A DNA stretch of 64,000 nucleotides, taken from an uncultured delta proteobacterium. Its GTDB lineage: Bacteria; Desulfobacterota; Desulfomonilia; Desulfomonilales; Desulfomonilaceae. The stretch spans positions 224,001-288,000 of the forward strand of contig CAWBKB010000003.1 of assembly GCA_963789265.1 (NCBI GenBank), written 5' to 3'. The translations under genes and the position numbers were made by a program. Under the pieces are notes generated by a model. The model saw nothing but the letters and a program-made list of their open reading frames with translations. It did not search any database and was not told the DNA's origin. Shown here one piece after another: positions 11,167 to 20,040 of the stretch (its first letter is position 1; each line of letters opens with the position of its first letter).

Positions 11167-11967
11167 GTGAACAGAGCACACAACTCAGCTTATACCAAAT
11201 ACTCCGCACCCATAGTGTCTAAGGCAATGCGGGTGCTGAAGATGATCTTCACCTCACCCAGGAACGCGGGGATTAGTGAAATCGCCGCTAAACTCTCGTT
11301 GGCCAAGTCCACTACTCACGGTATACTTGCTGCCCTTGAGGAATCGGGATGGGTGCTTCGCGATCCGATTACCAGAAAATATACGTGTGGTCATGCGGGG
11401 AAGGACCTTGCAGCAAAGGCCTCGGTGCGGGTACCGTTGGTGGAGCAGGCGCGCCCGTTCCTCGAGAAGCTGGGAGCGGAGCTGGACGAAGATATCTTTC
11501 TGGGAATCAGTACGGGCCGTCAGTTACTGATTTTGGACCAGATTGAATCGTCCAAGGAGATTAAGATAAGGGCTCGGCCGGGAACGCGGATTTCCGGCTT
11601 CGCCGGTGCGGCAGGTAAGATTTTCCTGGCCAACGACGATCCGGAAGCGGTGTCACGCCTAATTCTATCGGACCCACCACCGAAATTCACCCTCGAATCC
11701 GTCACGAATCCTGATAGGTACCTTGCCGATTTGGCTCAGGTACGCGCCGCGGGGGCGGCGTTCGACATAGGAGAGTACCTGCCGAATGTGTGGTGTGTGG
11801 CGATTCCGATTTTCTACGGTAAAAAGGCCAGGAAGCGCATGGTGGCAGCCTTCTGGGTGGTAGGCCTCGATTCGGAGCTCAGCGCGCATCGAATGAAAAT
11901 GGCCGAGGATCTCGGTCGCGCGACAGGAGAAGTCTTGTCGCGGATAATAAGCAATCAAGAAACGTAA
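11167..11967 (+). CDS. IclR family transcriptional regulator
   Basis: N-terminal HTH (GISEIAAKLSLAKSTTHGIL), GAAGKIFLA, CVAIPIF. Confidence 0.92.
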   Translation: MNRAHNSAYTKYSAPIVSKAMRVLKMIFTSPRNAGISEIAAKLSLAKSTTHGILAALEESGWVLRDPITRKYTCGHAGKDLAAKASVRVPLVEQARPFLEKLGAELDEDIFLGISTGRQLLILDQIESSKEIKIRARPGTRISGFAGAAGKIFLANDDPEAVSRLILSDPPPKFTLESVTNPDRYLADLAQVRAAGAAFDIGEYLPNVWCVAIPIFYGKKARKRMVAAFWVVGLDSELSAHRMKMAEDLGRATGEVLSRIISNQET

Positions 11968-12185
11968 GAAGAACGAATGATCGGCATAAAAATTAGCATT
12001 TCGCTCGGAACGCGGAATTCCCCTTTTTCCTAGGGCGATATTAACTTTCACAAACCCACCCTCCTACAAGAAAAGGGGGACTTTGATGGCCTATCGAACG
12101 GCTGAAGTGCTCGTTCCGGGATAAGCATCAACTACTTAGTATTTCTTTTCGCAAATATGGTGACGTCAAGAACCGGTTCGGAAGT

Positions 12186-12252
12186 AGATTGCTTCGCTGC
12201 GCTCGCAATGACAGGGAGAGGGAATGTCATTGCGAGCGCAGCGAAGCAATCT
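12186..12252. repeat. REP-like palindrome, gtcattgcgag...gaagcaatct family
   Basis: agattgcttcgctgcgctcgcaatgac...gtcattgcgagcgcagcgaagcaatct; related copies near 15280, 30962 and 55915. Confidence 0.75.
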
Positions 12253-12301
12253 CCACGGTGAAAATGCGTGACCGTAATTACGAAAACCTGTACTTAGGGC
12301 C

Positions 12302-12811
12302 CTACTCCCGGGCCTTGAGAAACTGCTCTTCAATCAAGTCGCACAAAAGCTCGGGTCTGTTGAGATCGAAGACCGGTACTTCCGTTGGGGGGGCGGGAGG
12401 GTTACCAGCGATTGCAACGAGGTTTTCGCCGGCTTTGCAGAGCAGTTCCTGATGTAGTTCACTTCTGGAAACTTCTATCTTGGGATGAATGTCGCGTTTG
12501 TAACCTTCCGTTATTATCAGGTCTACCCCTTGTCCTTCGATGAATTTGTCCCTGATTTCGGCTAAGCTGTGATCATGGTCCGTGTCCGCCACCAGAGCCA
12601 GTTTGCCTGGAGAGGAAATGACCGTAACTCTCGCGCCGGCCTGTTTGTGCCTCCAAGAATCCTTTCCTGGATAGTCGATCTCAAAGCTGTGCGCGTCGTG
12701 TTTTATTGTGGCGATCCGGAAACCGCGTGACGTCAATTCTCTGACGACTTTTTCCAGAAGAGTGGTTTTCCCTGATTCCGACTTTCCTACGATGGAAATA
12801 ATAGGAGTCAT
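12302..12811 (-). CDS. mobB: Molybdopterin-guanine dinucleotide biosynthesis protein B
   Basis: GKSESGKTT P-loop, IKHDAH, GKDSWRH, EGYK. Confidence 0.93.
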   Translation of the reverse strand: MTPIISIVGKSESGKTTLLEKVVRELTSRGFRIATIKHDAHSFEIDYPGKDSWRHKQAGARVTVISSPGKLALVADTDHDHSLAEIRDKFIEGQGVDLIITEGYKRDIHPKIEVSRSELHQELLCKAGENLVAIAGNPPAPPTEVPVFDLNRPELLCDLIEEQFLKARE

Positions 12812-13052
12812 TCAAAGCCCTTTCGAAGCAACTTGTGGTGGCTACAGCCCCTAAGCCTTGTAGCATTTTTCTCGTGTGGCTTGTAGCAATCGCCGAAAAA
12901 TTTGTCGGATTTGCTAGGATGAAACCGGCACCCGGGACTCCAGAAGCGCCGGCGTCCCCGCCGGCGAGTCGCGCACAACCGGCGCGGAGGCCGGTCCTAC
13001 TGGTTGCCCGCGCATGCGGGCATGACGACATGTAGGGGCGGGTTTCAAACCC

Positions 13053-13226
13053 CAATGCTGTTGACTTAAGGGACCTCCGTCTACCCCACCGTCACCCCGG
13101 CGAAGGCCGGGGTCCAGGGGAGATTAGGAAAACCTGGATTCCGGCCTCCGCCGGAATGACGAGGTGAAGGCCCGTCGAAGGAAAAGCTCCTGGACAAGAG
13201 GCATGCGGCTTAAGTCAACAGCATTG
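13053..13226. mobile_element. MITE with 18-bp TIRs inserted into a GTAG-type REP palindrome
   Basis: TIRs caatgctgttgacttaag / cttaagtcaacagcattg; duplicated flank ttcaaaccc; internal CGTC-type hairpin. Confidence 0.8.
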
Positions 13227-13401
13227 GGTTCAAACCCGCCCCTGCGCCAACTCGCGTCCCTATCCACCGCAGGCGTTGCCTCAGGGCATTGGATCATTGA
13301 CGATAAGAACCGTCAATGATAGTTTTTCTGCTGGAAATAAGAGGTTGAACACTTTTGGCCAAGATTTTTCTTCACTGTCATTGCTCTTTACGGAGGGCCT
13401 T

Positions 13402-14658
13402 ATGTCATTACAGGACAGAGTTCTTCAAGTAGTCACCGACACTCATGAAGCGACCAGAGAAGCGGCCATTCTCCCGATAACCATTAAGGAAAAAATCCTG
13501 ATAGAAACCGCGGGGAGGCTACGGGACGGTCGGCGGCATCTGCAAGACGAGAATCGCAAGGACCTGGAGGCTGCTAAGGCCAAAGGCCTTTCCAAAGCTA
13601 TGCTTGACAGGTTGACTCTCTCTGAACAGGTAATAGAGCAGACCGCGGCGGGTCTCGAAGAGATTGCAGCGTTTCCCGATCCGATTGGTGAGATCGTGCG
13701 TATGTGGACCCGACCGAACGGCATGAGGGTCGGACGCATGCGCATACCGCTTGGCGTGATCGGCATAATTTACGAATCCCGTCCCAACGTGACAGCGGAT
13801 GCAGCAGCATTGTGTCTTAAAGCGGGCAATACAGTCATCCTGCGTGGAGGATCGGAGGCTCTCAATTCCAACAGAGCCATAGTGGGCCTGTTCAAGGAAA
13901 CCCTCAAGGAGAACCACGTCAACGAACATGTCGTCAACCTGCTTCCGACCACTGAGCGGGAGGCCATACTTTACATGCTCAAACTCGAAGAATTGATCGA
14001 CCTCATAATTCCGCGGGGCGGCGAAGACCTCATACGTTTTGTGGCTGAAAACTCAAGAATCCCTGTAATCAAGCATTACAAAGGTGTCTGCCATCTCTAC
14101 GTGGATGCCGCGGCGGATGTGGACATGGCGGTTAGACTAACTTTCAATTCCAAAGTCCAGCGGCCAGGCACCTGCAATGCTCTGGAGACTCTTCTCGTGG
14201 ACAAAGCCGTAGCCGACCGGTTCCTGCCCGTAGCGGCGGAGAAGCTCACAGAAGCCGGAGTGGAACTGAGAGGCTGCGAAAGGTCGCGGCTTCTTGTGCC
14301 GTCAATGGTGCCCGCGACCGAGGATGACTGGTACGCTGAATACCTTGATCTTATCCTGGCGGTGAAGGTAGTAGACGACATTGACGAAGCCATCCGACAT
14401 ATTGCCAAATACGGCTCCCTCCACACTGAGTCGATTGTGACCAAGGATTACGCGGCCTCACAGAAATTCCTCAAAGAAGTGAATTCTTCTTCTGTAATAG
14501 TAAATGCATCCACGCGAATGAGCGATGGGTACGTCTTTGGACTAGGGGCTGAAGTAGGTATCAGCACGACCAAGCTGCACGCTTACGGCCCCATGGGAGT
14601 GGAGGACCTAACTACGACAAAGTTCATAGTCCTGGGGGATGGACAGGTGAGGGAGTAG
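13402..14658 (+). CDS. proA: Gamma-glutamyl phosphate reductase
   Basis: [43 protein letters not shown]; start MSLQD after GGAGGG. Confidence 0.96.
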   Translation: MSLQDRVLQVVTDTHEATREAAILPITIKEKILIETAGRLRDGRRHLQDENRKDLEAAKAKGLSKAMLDRLTLSEQVIEQTAAGLEEIAAFPDPIGEIVRMWTRPNGMRVGRMRIPLGVIGIIYESRPNVTADAAALCLKAGNTVILRGGSEALNSNRAIVGLFKETLKENHVNEHVVNLLPTTEREAILYMLKLEELIDLIIPRGGEDLIRFVAENSRIPVIKHYKGVCHLYVDAAADVDMAVRLTFNSKVQRPGTCNALETLLVDKAVADRFLPVAAEKLTEAGVELRGCERSRLLVPSMVPATEDDWYAEYLDLILAVKVVDDIDEAIRHIAKYGSLHTESIVTKDYAASQKFLKEVNSSSVIVNASTRMSDGYVFGLGAEVGISTTKLHAYGPMGVEDLTTTKFIVLGDGQVRE

Positions 14659-14662
14659 GTCA

Positions 14663-15190
14663 TTGGGTGAAATACGCAGCACTTTAGATCTGATTATGGA
14701 CAAAACCCGGGGGATGTCCCTATCCCGGGAGGAGAAGGAAAGCTTCCATGCAGAGGAGCTTCGGAAGCGTGCCAACGGGTTCAGGGTAAGACTTCTTGAT
14801 GATCCGTCAAAGGCTGAAGAGATACTCTCCAGGCTCAACAATGAATCGGAAAACGATCGGCAGCTTCTTCACTCCCTCCTCTGGAACGCGATGGTCGAAG
14901 CCCTGCCCGCTGACGATGCCGTGCTCAAATATTTACACATAATGGAGATGCTTCCCGCGGGTATGGCGAAGAACGCGATACTGCACGAACTGTGTTCCTC
15001 GTTCAAGTCCTGGTTAAGGACCAGGGGGACAGACCGACAGAAGACCCTCGCCCGAGAGAAGAAGAAACTCGCCGCATTCGGAATTTCCGGGAGCGCGGTT
15101 GTTCCCAAGATCCCCAAGGGGTCTGACGTAGAGCATGGTTTCGAGCAGGAGTTGAAGAAGTTTAAGAAGGAACTCCTGAGTGACACTTAG
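14663..15190 (+). CDS. Hypothetical protein
   Basis: 175 aa ORF 4 bp after proA; helical and charged; ends with GISGSAVVPK. Confidence 0.7.
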   Translation: MGEIRSTLDLIMDKTRGMSLSREEKESFHAEELRKRANGFRVRLLDDPSKAEEILSRLNNESENDRQLLHSLLWNAMVEALPADDAVLKYLHIMEMLPAGMAKNAILHELCSSFKSWLRTRGTDRQKTLAREKKKLAAFGISGSAVVPKIPKGSDVEHGFEQELKKFKKELLSDT

Positions 15191-15279
15191 TTCATAAGTT
15201 CGGTCATGTATTTTCGGGGCGGAGATTACTGTCCCGCGGGACGTGGGATTTCACTCCTCGCAGTAACAGATAATGGTAT

Positions 15280-15414
15280 GTCATTGCGAGCGCGCCGGCC
15301 CGAAGCAATCTCATCTTCAGCGGGACCGGCATCTTGGCGGTCGTTCCAATAGACAGGCAGGGAGCATGTCCCACCAATGGAGATTGCTTCGTCGTTTCAC
15401 TCCTCGCAATGACA
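15280..15414. repeat. Composite REP-like element
   Basis: gtcattgcgag...gaagcaatct and gagattgcttcgtcg...ctcgcaatgaca arms around a degenerate gacaggca..tgtcccacca unit. Confidence 0.65.
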
Positions 15415-15599
15415 ATACCGGACTACGACATCTTGAAACGAAGCTTGTGTGCCACAATTCCACAAAATCAGCTAAATTTACGGAGCAAAGGAAACAATCC
15501 ACTCCGTGATAGTTTCCGATTACCCCATAAAGATACGCTTCCCTCGTATGTCCGAGGGAAGCGCGTCGTGGGTGGGAATTCAGGACGGTAGAGTGCGAT

Positions 15600-18500
15600 T
15601 TATGAGGCAGGAGGCGGCCGTTTGATGATCGTGGGGGACACGAAGACTAAGAGTTCTACAAGGTGCTTTTCCCTCTGCTTGTTACTGAACAGTAAGTTTA
15701 CAAGAGGAATGTTCATCAGACCAGGCCACCCGTCTCGTACGGTGTTGTCGGTATTCCTGAGAATTCCGCCTATTACCGCGGTCTCACCGTCCTTCACGAT
15801 CATATAAGTCCCGGCTTCCTGAGTGGAAATCGAAGTGGAGCCCGGAACGGTCGTGAGATCCGGCGAGTTGTCGGTCATCTTTATATTCATACTAATGCGG
15901 CCGTCCGCGAAGATCCTCGGTGTTACTTCCAGCAGTAGGTCCGCGTCCACTAGTTGCGTTTGCGTTCCAAGTGCGGATGTGGTTGTAAAGGGGATGCTAA
16001 GTCCTTTCTTGATGCTTGCTTTCTGATTGTCGAGGACTTGAACCTTGGGTCGGGCAATTACATGGGTCTGTCCGTTGTGCTCGCCGAGATTGAGACGCAC
16101 ATCCAGTTCTGTGATGTAGTTGGTGCCCAGCAAGCCGAATTGCATGCCCAGACCCATAAGTTGCGCAAGGCCGGTTACGGTGGGTGGCAGGTTTACAGCA
16201 AAACTGGATGGAATATTATCGCCCGCGGTAGTCTGGCCGGTCGCAGTGTTGGCCGCTATGCCCGCCAACTGGTTTCCGCCGATGCCCCAGTAAGTGGTTT
16301 TACCGTCGACAATCTGGCCGACCTGATTGTTCCTACCACCCCAGAGTACCCGAAGACCGCGGGCCCAGTCTCTCGTGGCCTCCACAATGCGTCCCTCGAT
16401 GAGGACTTGCGGGGTCGGTACGTCCAACGTGGCGATAACCTTCTTCATCTGGGCTATCCGTTCGGCGGTATCCTTGATGAAAATCATGCGATTGGGTTTG
16501 TCCGGCCACAACATGTTATTAACAATGATTGTTTGCAGCATGGGATCTGTACCTGTGGGCAGGGCGGTCCGTCCGGCGACACGACCTGCTTGCAAGGCTC
16601 CGATCATGCGTTGCTGAGCCCGTGCCGACGACTCCGAGGCCTGTACAACACGCTCCCGCTGCGCCTGCTGGGCAAGAGTGATCGCAGGGAGCCCGGGCGT
16701 TGATGTCGGTAGGGTTGTTCCGGAAGTTCCAGGCAATGCTCCAGGTGGAGCTGTTCCAACCGTAGCGGCTGGCCCCGCCGGAACTGCGCCGGCTTGCCGC
16801 GCTCCTGCGCACTGCAGGTTGAACATGCAGTCCAGCGTATTTACCACATTTGTGGGATCAGCATAGACCAGCTTTACCGTCGCGTAGTAGAAACAAACCT
16901 CTCCTATTTGCTTCTCTTTCTCATCCTTGACAGGGACGCACCCGGCTTCGCCGTATTCCTCCGTTTTCGCGTCCTCCATGTGTTCTTCCGGGTGGGCCTC
17001 CTTCTTTTCAAGTTCTTTCAAGGCCTTTTCGCTTGCATTCTCCTCCTTCTGTACCTCCTGAGTGAGACTGGTCAGCCGCTTATCCAACTCTTTTATGCGA
17101 ATTTCGTATTCTTTGCGTCTCTGATCTTTATACTTCTGCATTTCTTCTTTTCGACCTATCCGCATCACGTTCCCGATCATCTCGCGGTCGAGGCCGTTAG
17201 TACTGAGTATAGTGTCGATAACCTGGCCCAATGGTACCTGGAACAGCCGTACGGTTGTGGTTCCGGTTACGTCGTTGCCGACAATAATGTTGATGCCGGC
17301 CTGCTCTGCCAGCAGTCTGAAAGCGTTTTTCAGTGAAATGCCCTGAAAATCCATTGTCACAGGCTTGTTGAATACCTCGGGGTCGGGCGTCACCTGGTAT
17401 CGCTTGATGATCTCTGTACGCTGTTTTTGAAGCTCCTGCTGCTGTTTTTGGAGAGATTTTATATTTCGCCTGCGCGTTTCATTTTCCTTGCGGACTTCTT
17501 CCTCCCTCATTATACGATAAGCCTGCAAGCGAGTTTCACGGCTCTCCCCAGCACCGCGCTTACCCGCCGGGCCGGCTCCCGGCCCCATACCAAGTGTTTT
17601 ACGAGCGGAGGAAGCTGAGAAACGCGGAGGGGGAAAGTCGATCATCAGCACACCCTTCTGTTTCTCCACCTGGTAAGGGACTGCATCCTTCAATTGCATG
17701 AAAATCGTCTGGGAGCCCGGCACGATCATTTCAACGGATGTTGAAAAGAGATCTGTTCTCAGCGGCTTCTGATATGCCTTTGGTATTTCTGCATTGACAA
17801 GATCCAACCTGGCTTTAGTCGGGGACACCTTGTTCAGCCGGTAATCCAGGTGATCTCCACCTCTGACAATCAGCCGGGCATTATGACCGACTTGTATGAA
17901 CTTGAGTTCTGTTATCTGTTGAACTATCAGCCTGGGATCGGGCGTCGGGGGTGTGACAGGCGGTCTGACTTCTCGTACCATGCGCGGTTCAGGGCCTCGA
18001 CGCGCCGGGCCCGGCATGCTTCGCATAGAAGGGCGTCCTGCACCATTAGGCGGCGAAGACGGTAGTGCTGAAGGACTCGGAGGCTGAGGCTTGCTGAGCT
18101 CTGTGCTCTGAGCCAATTTAATCCCTTTGAGGGCCTGGTCCCTTGCTTTTGACTCGCCGGCGCTCTTGTTCCACGGCCCATCAACTTTATTGCCTCTTTG
18201 CCTCAATGCATTAGCTCCGGACGCGGAGTGGCTCTTATGAGCAGCGTCCATAGTGCTTCTTGCTGCCAAACGGGAACCTTTCCTGCCTTTTCCCGCGACC
18301 TTGGCATCGGCCGCGACCACATCGGGTGCAAGAGGTGCCGAGAGGACTGAATTCTTCGAGATTGTCCGCGAAGACCTGTGGTGCGTTTTGGGCATGTATG
18401 CCGCTAAAGAATTGCCAAAGATAACGAATACCTGGTTATTGACCGGTCTAATCTGGAATGCCGGGACAGGGTTGTCATGAAAGTCTACGACCAGCCTAGC

Positions 18501-18803
18501 CCTGGATCTGTGGTTACCCACACGGATTTCGCAAATTTCTCTCTTGTCGCCACTTATCTTGCGCGGCACCTTCCCCACGGTCATGTTCTCAAAATCCATG
18601 ACAAGTCTATTGGGTCGGCCGATTACGTGCGCCAGACTCTTGCCCACGATTCCTTTGGTCGAAATGACAATCCGTCTCTGATCCGGCTCGAGTTGCACTC
18701 CGGTGACTTCGCCGGAACCAGCGGCAAGAGCCGGGCCGCACGCTAATGTAAGGAATAGGCAGCCAAGCCAGAGAGACTTATATTTTCTTACGGGTGACCT
18801 CAT
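15600..18803 (-). CDS. pilQ: Type IV pilus secretin PilQ with N-terminal AMIN-like domains
   Basis: Signal peptide; PNRLVMDF and ARLVVDF (AMIN); VTMDFQGISL..GINII (STN/N0); PQVLIEGRIVE; DGETAVIGGI; ELLVFVSPTII. Confidence 0.88.
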   Translation of the reverse strand: MRSPVRKYKSLWLGCLFLTLACGPALAAGSGEVTGVQLEPDQRRIVISTKGIVGKSLAHVIGRPNRLVMDFENMTVGKVPRKISGDKREICEIRVGNHRSRARLVVDFHDNPVPAFQIRPVNNQVFVIFGNSLAAYMPKTHHRSSRTISKNSVLSAPLAPDVVAADAKVAGKGRKGSRLAARSTMDAAHKSHSASGANALRQRGNKVDGPWNKSAGESKARDQALKGIKLAQSTELSKPQPPSPSALPSSPPNGAGRPSMRSMPGPARRGPEPRMVREVRPPVTPPTPDPRLIVQQITELKFIQVGHNARLIVRGGDHLDYRLNKVSPTKARLDLVNAEIPKAYQKPLRTDLFSTSVEMIVPGSQTIFMQLKDAVPYQVEKQKGVLMIDFPPPRFSASSARKTLGMGPGAGPAGKRGAGESRETRLQAYRIMREEEVRKENETRRRNIKSLQKQQQELQKQRTEIIKRYQVTPDPEVFNKPVTMDFQGISLKNAFRLLAEQAGINIIVGNDVTGTTTVRLFQVPLGQVIDTILSTNGLDREMIGNVMRIGRKEEMQKYKDQRRKEYEIRIKELDKRLTSLTQEVQKEENASEKALKELEKKEAHPEEHMEDAKTEEYGEAGCVPVKDEKEKQIGEVCFYYATVKLVYADPTNVVNTLDCMFNLQCAGARQAGAVPAGPAATVGTAPPGALPGTSGTTLPTSTPGLPAITLAQQAQRERVVQASESSARAQQRMIGALQAGRVAGRTALPTGTDPMLQTIIVNNMLWPDKPNRMIFIKDTAERIAQMKKVIATLDVPTPQVLIEGRIVEATRDWARGLRVLWGGRNNQVGQIVDGKTTYWGIGGNQLAGIAANTATGQTTAGDNIPSSFAVNLPPTVTGLAQLMGLGMQFGLLGTNYITELDVRLNLGEHNGQTHVIARPKVQVLDNQKASIKKGLSIPFTTTSALGTQTQLVDADLLLEVTPRIFADGRISMNIKMTDNSPDLTTVPGSTSISTQEAGTYMIVKDGETAVIGGILRNTDNTVRDGWPGLMNIPLVNLLFSNKQREKHLVELLVFVSPTIIKRPPPAS

Positions 18804-19300
18804 TGTTATCCTCTCCCGAAGACCGTGTGGAAGCGATCCAGATCATGCCGATGCCAAGGATACCCGGGTGATCGACTTGAAGAGCTCCTCGTTCATTAAT
18901 TTCATGAGGGTTCAAGTCCTCTGCCGGGTGTTAAGGCTGAGAGGGATGATAACAAACCGCGACACCATATGTCAATTAAAAAATCATAAAAACACTATGA
19001 TATATGATTTACTTAAAGTATTAGTTTATGCAAAATCGGGGCTCTCACATTAGTCCTTTTGAATAATTGGTTGAAATTAATTACTATTATGTAGGTCGCG
19101 GTAGGGACTTCAGTAGTTTGATGCTCCTGCCGCGACCCGCGCCCGAATTTTTCCGCTTCGGAATCCGGCCTGCCTCGAGTATCATCCGTACATGGAAACG
19201 GATGTGACAGTAAGCATAGTGACCCTGGGATTGGCAATCATTGCGGCCGCCCTTTATTTCTACCTGTCTCGATGAGACGGTACAATCAGGGAGTAGTGAA

Positions 19301-19645
19301 GTGGCCACAGAGGACATATTGGAGAATTTGGCATTCCGTTTACGGCCGATTTCCAAGAAGCACCATGCGGTGCGTGCCATAGTGTTCGGTTCGTTGGCAC
19401 GCGGTGAAATCTCGCGACTGAGCGACCTGGATCTCATAATTATTCAGAATACGGAAAAACGGTTTCTTGACAGGTACGATAATCTGCTTTCCGAGATTGT
19501 GCGAGCCGTGCCCGGGCTGGACGTTGATCTCTTTCTTTACACTCCTCAAGAACTTCGCCGAATGGATACTAGGCCGTTCATCAAGACCGCGCTGGCAGAA
19601 GGAAAGGTGATTTATGAGCCAGGCGAAGAACCGCAGCGAAGCTGA
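19301..19645 (+). CDS. Minimal nucleotidyltransferase (MNT, MntA-like antitoxin)
   Basis: FGSLARG...SDLDL, VDLFLYTPQE, EGKVIYE; GTG start after AGGGAG. Confidence 0.88.
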   Translation: MATEDILENLAFRLRPISKKHHAVRAIVFGSLARGEISRLSDLDLIIIQNTEKRFLDRYDNLLSEIVRAVPGLDVDLFLYTPQELRRMDTRPFIKTALAEGKVIYEPGEEPQRS

Positions 19646-19657
19646 ACGATGGCTGAA
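19614..19657 (+). pseudogene. Probable 5' remnant of a HEPN-domain gene
   Basis: MSQAKNRSEAERWL overlaps the MNT 3' end and resembles the HEPN N-terminal EAxRW(L) helix; the resemblance stops abruptly at repeat-like DNA. Confidence 0.55.
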
Positions 19658-19801
19658 TGTTCCCCTGTTCCCAATTGGAGTGATGCACCCTTTGATTGTC
19701 CCCCTCGAGGAATGGGAGAAAAACCCTCGCCTTCAGGCGAAGCCTTCATTACGTACAACTGTGTACTGGCGCGGCACAAGATGCAAAAATTCCGGTAGGA
19801 T

Positions 19802-20010
19802 ACTGTCTCAAAACCCTTGAACAGGACGAATTCGCGCCACGGAATACCCTCACCCTTTCCCTCTCCCAAAGGGCGAGGGGACTCTCTAAGAGCCGCTTTG
19901 GTACAGCTCCCTCTCCCTCTGGGAGAGGGTTGGGGTGAGGGCAACAACTATACGAATCAGACCAAATCGTGGCACGATTCTGGGCCTCAAAATAGTTTTG
20001 AGACAGTTTC
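19802..20010 (+). mobile_element. MITE copy 1 (TIR actgtctcaaaac)
   Basis: Ends actgtctcaaaac / gttttgagacagt; internal ccctcaccc..ctctccc hairpins. Confidence 0.8.
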
Positions 20011-20040
20011 AGATGCCTGTCCCACTACAGTCAAAAAAAA

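Noticed and set aside
19020..19050. Sigma54 promoter upstream of pilQ
   Set aside because: The minus-strand TTGCA lacks the invariant GG at -24.
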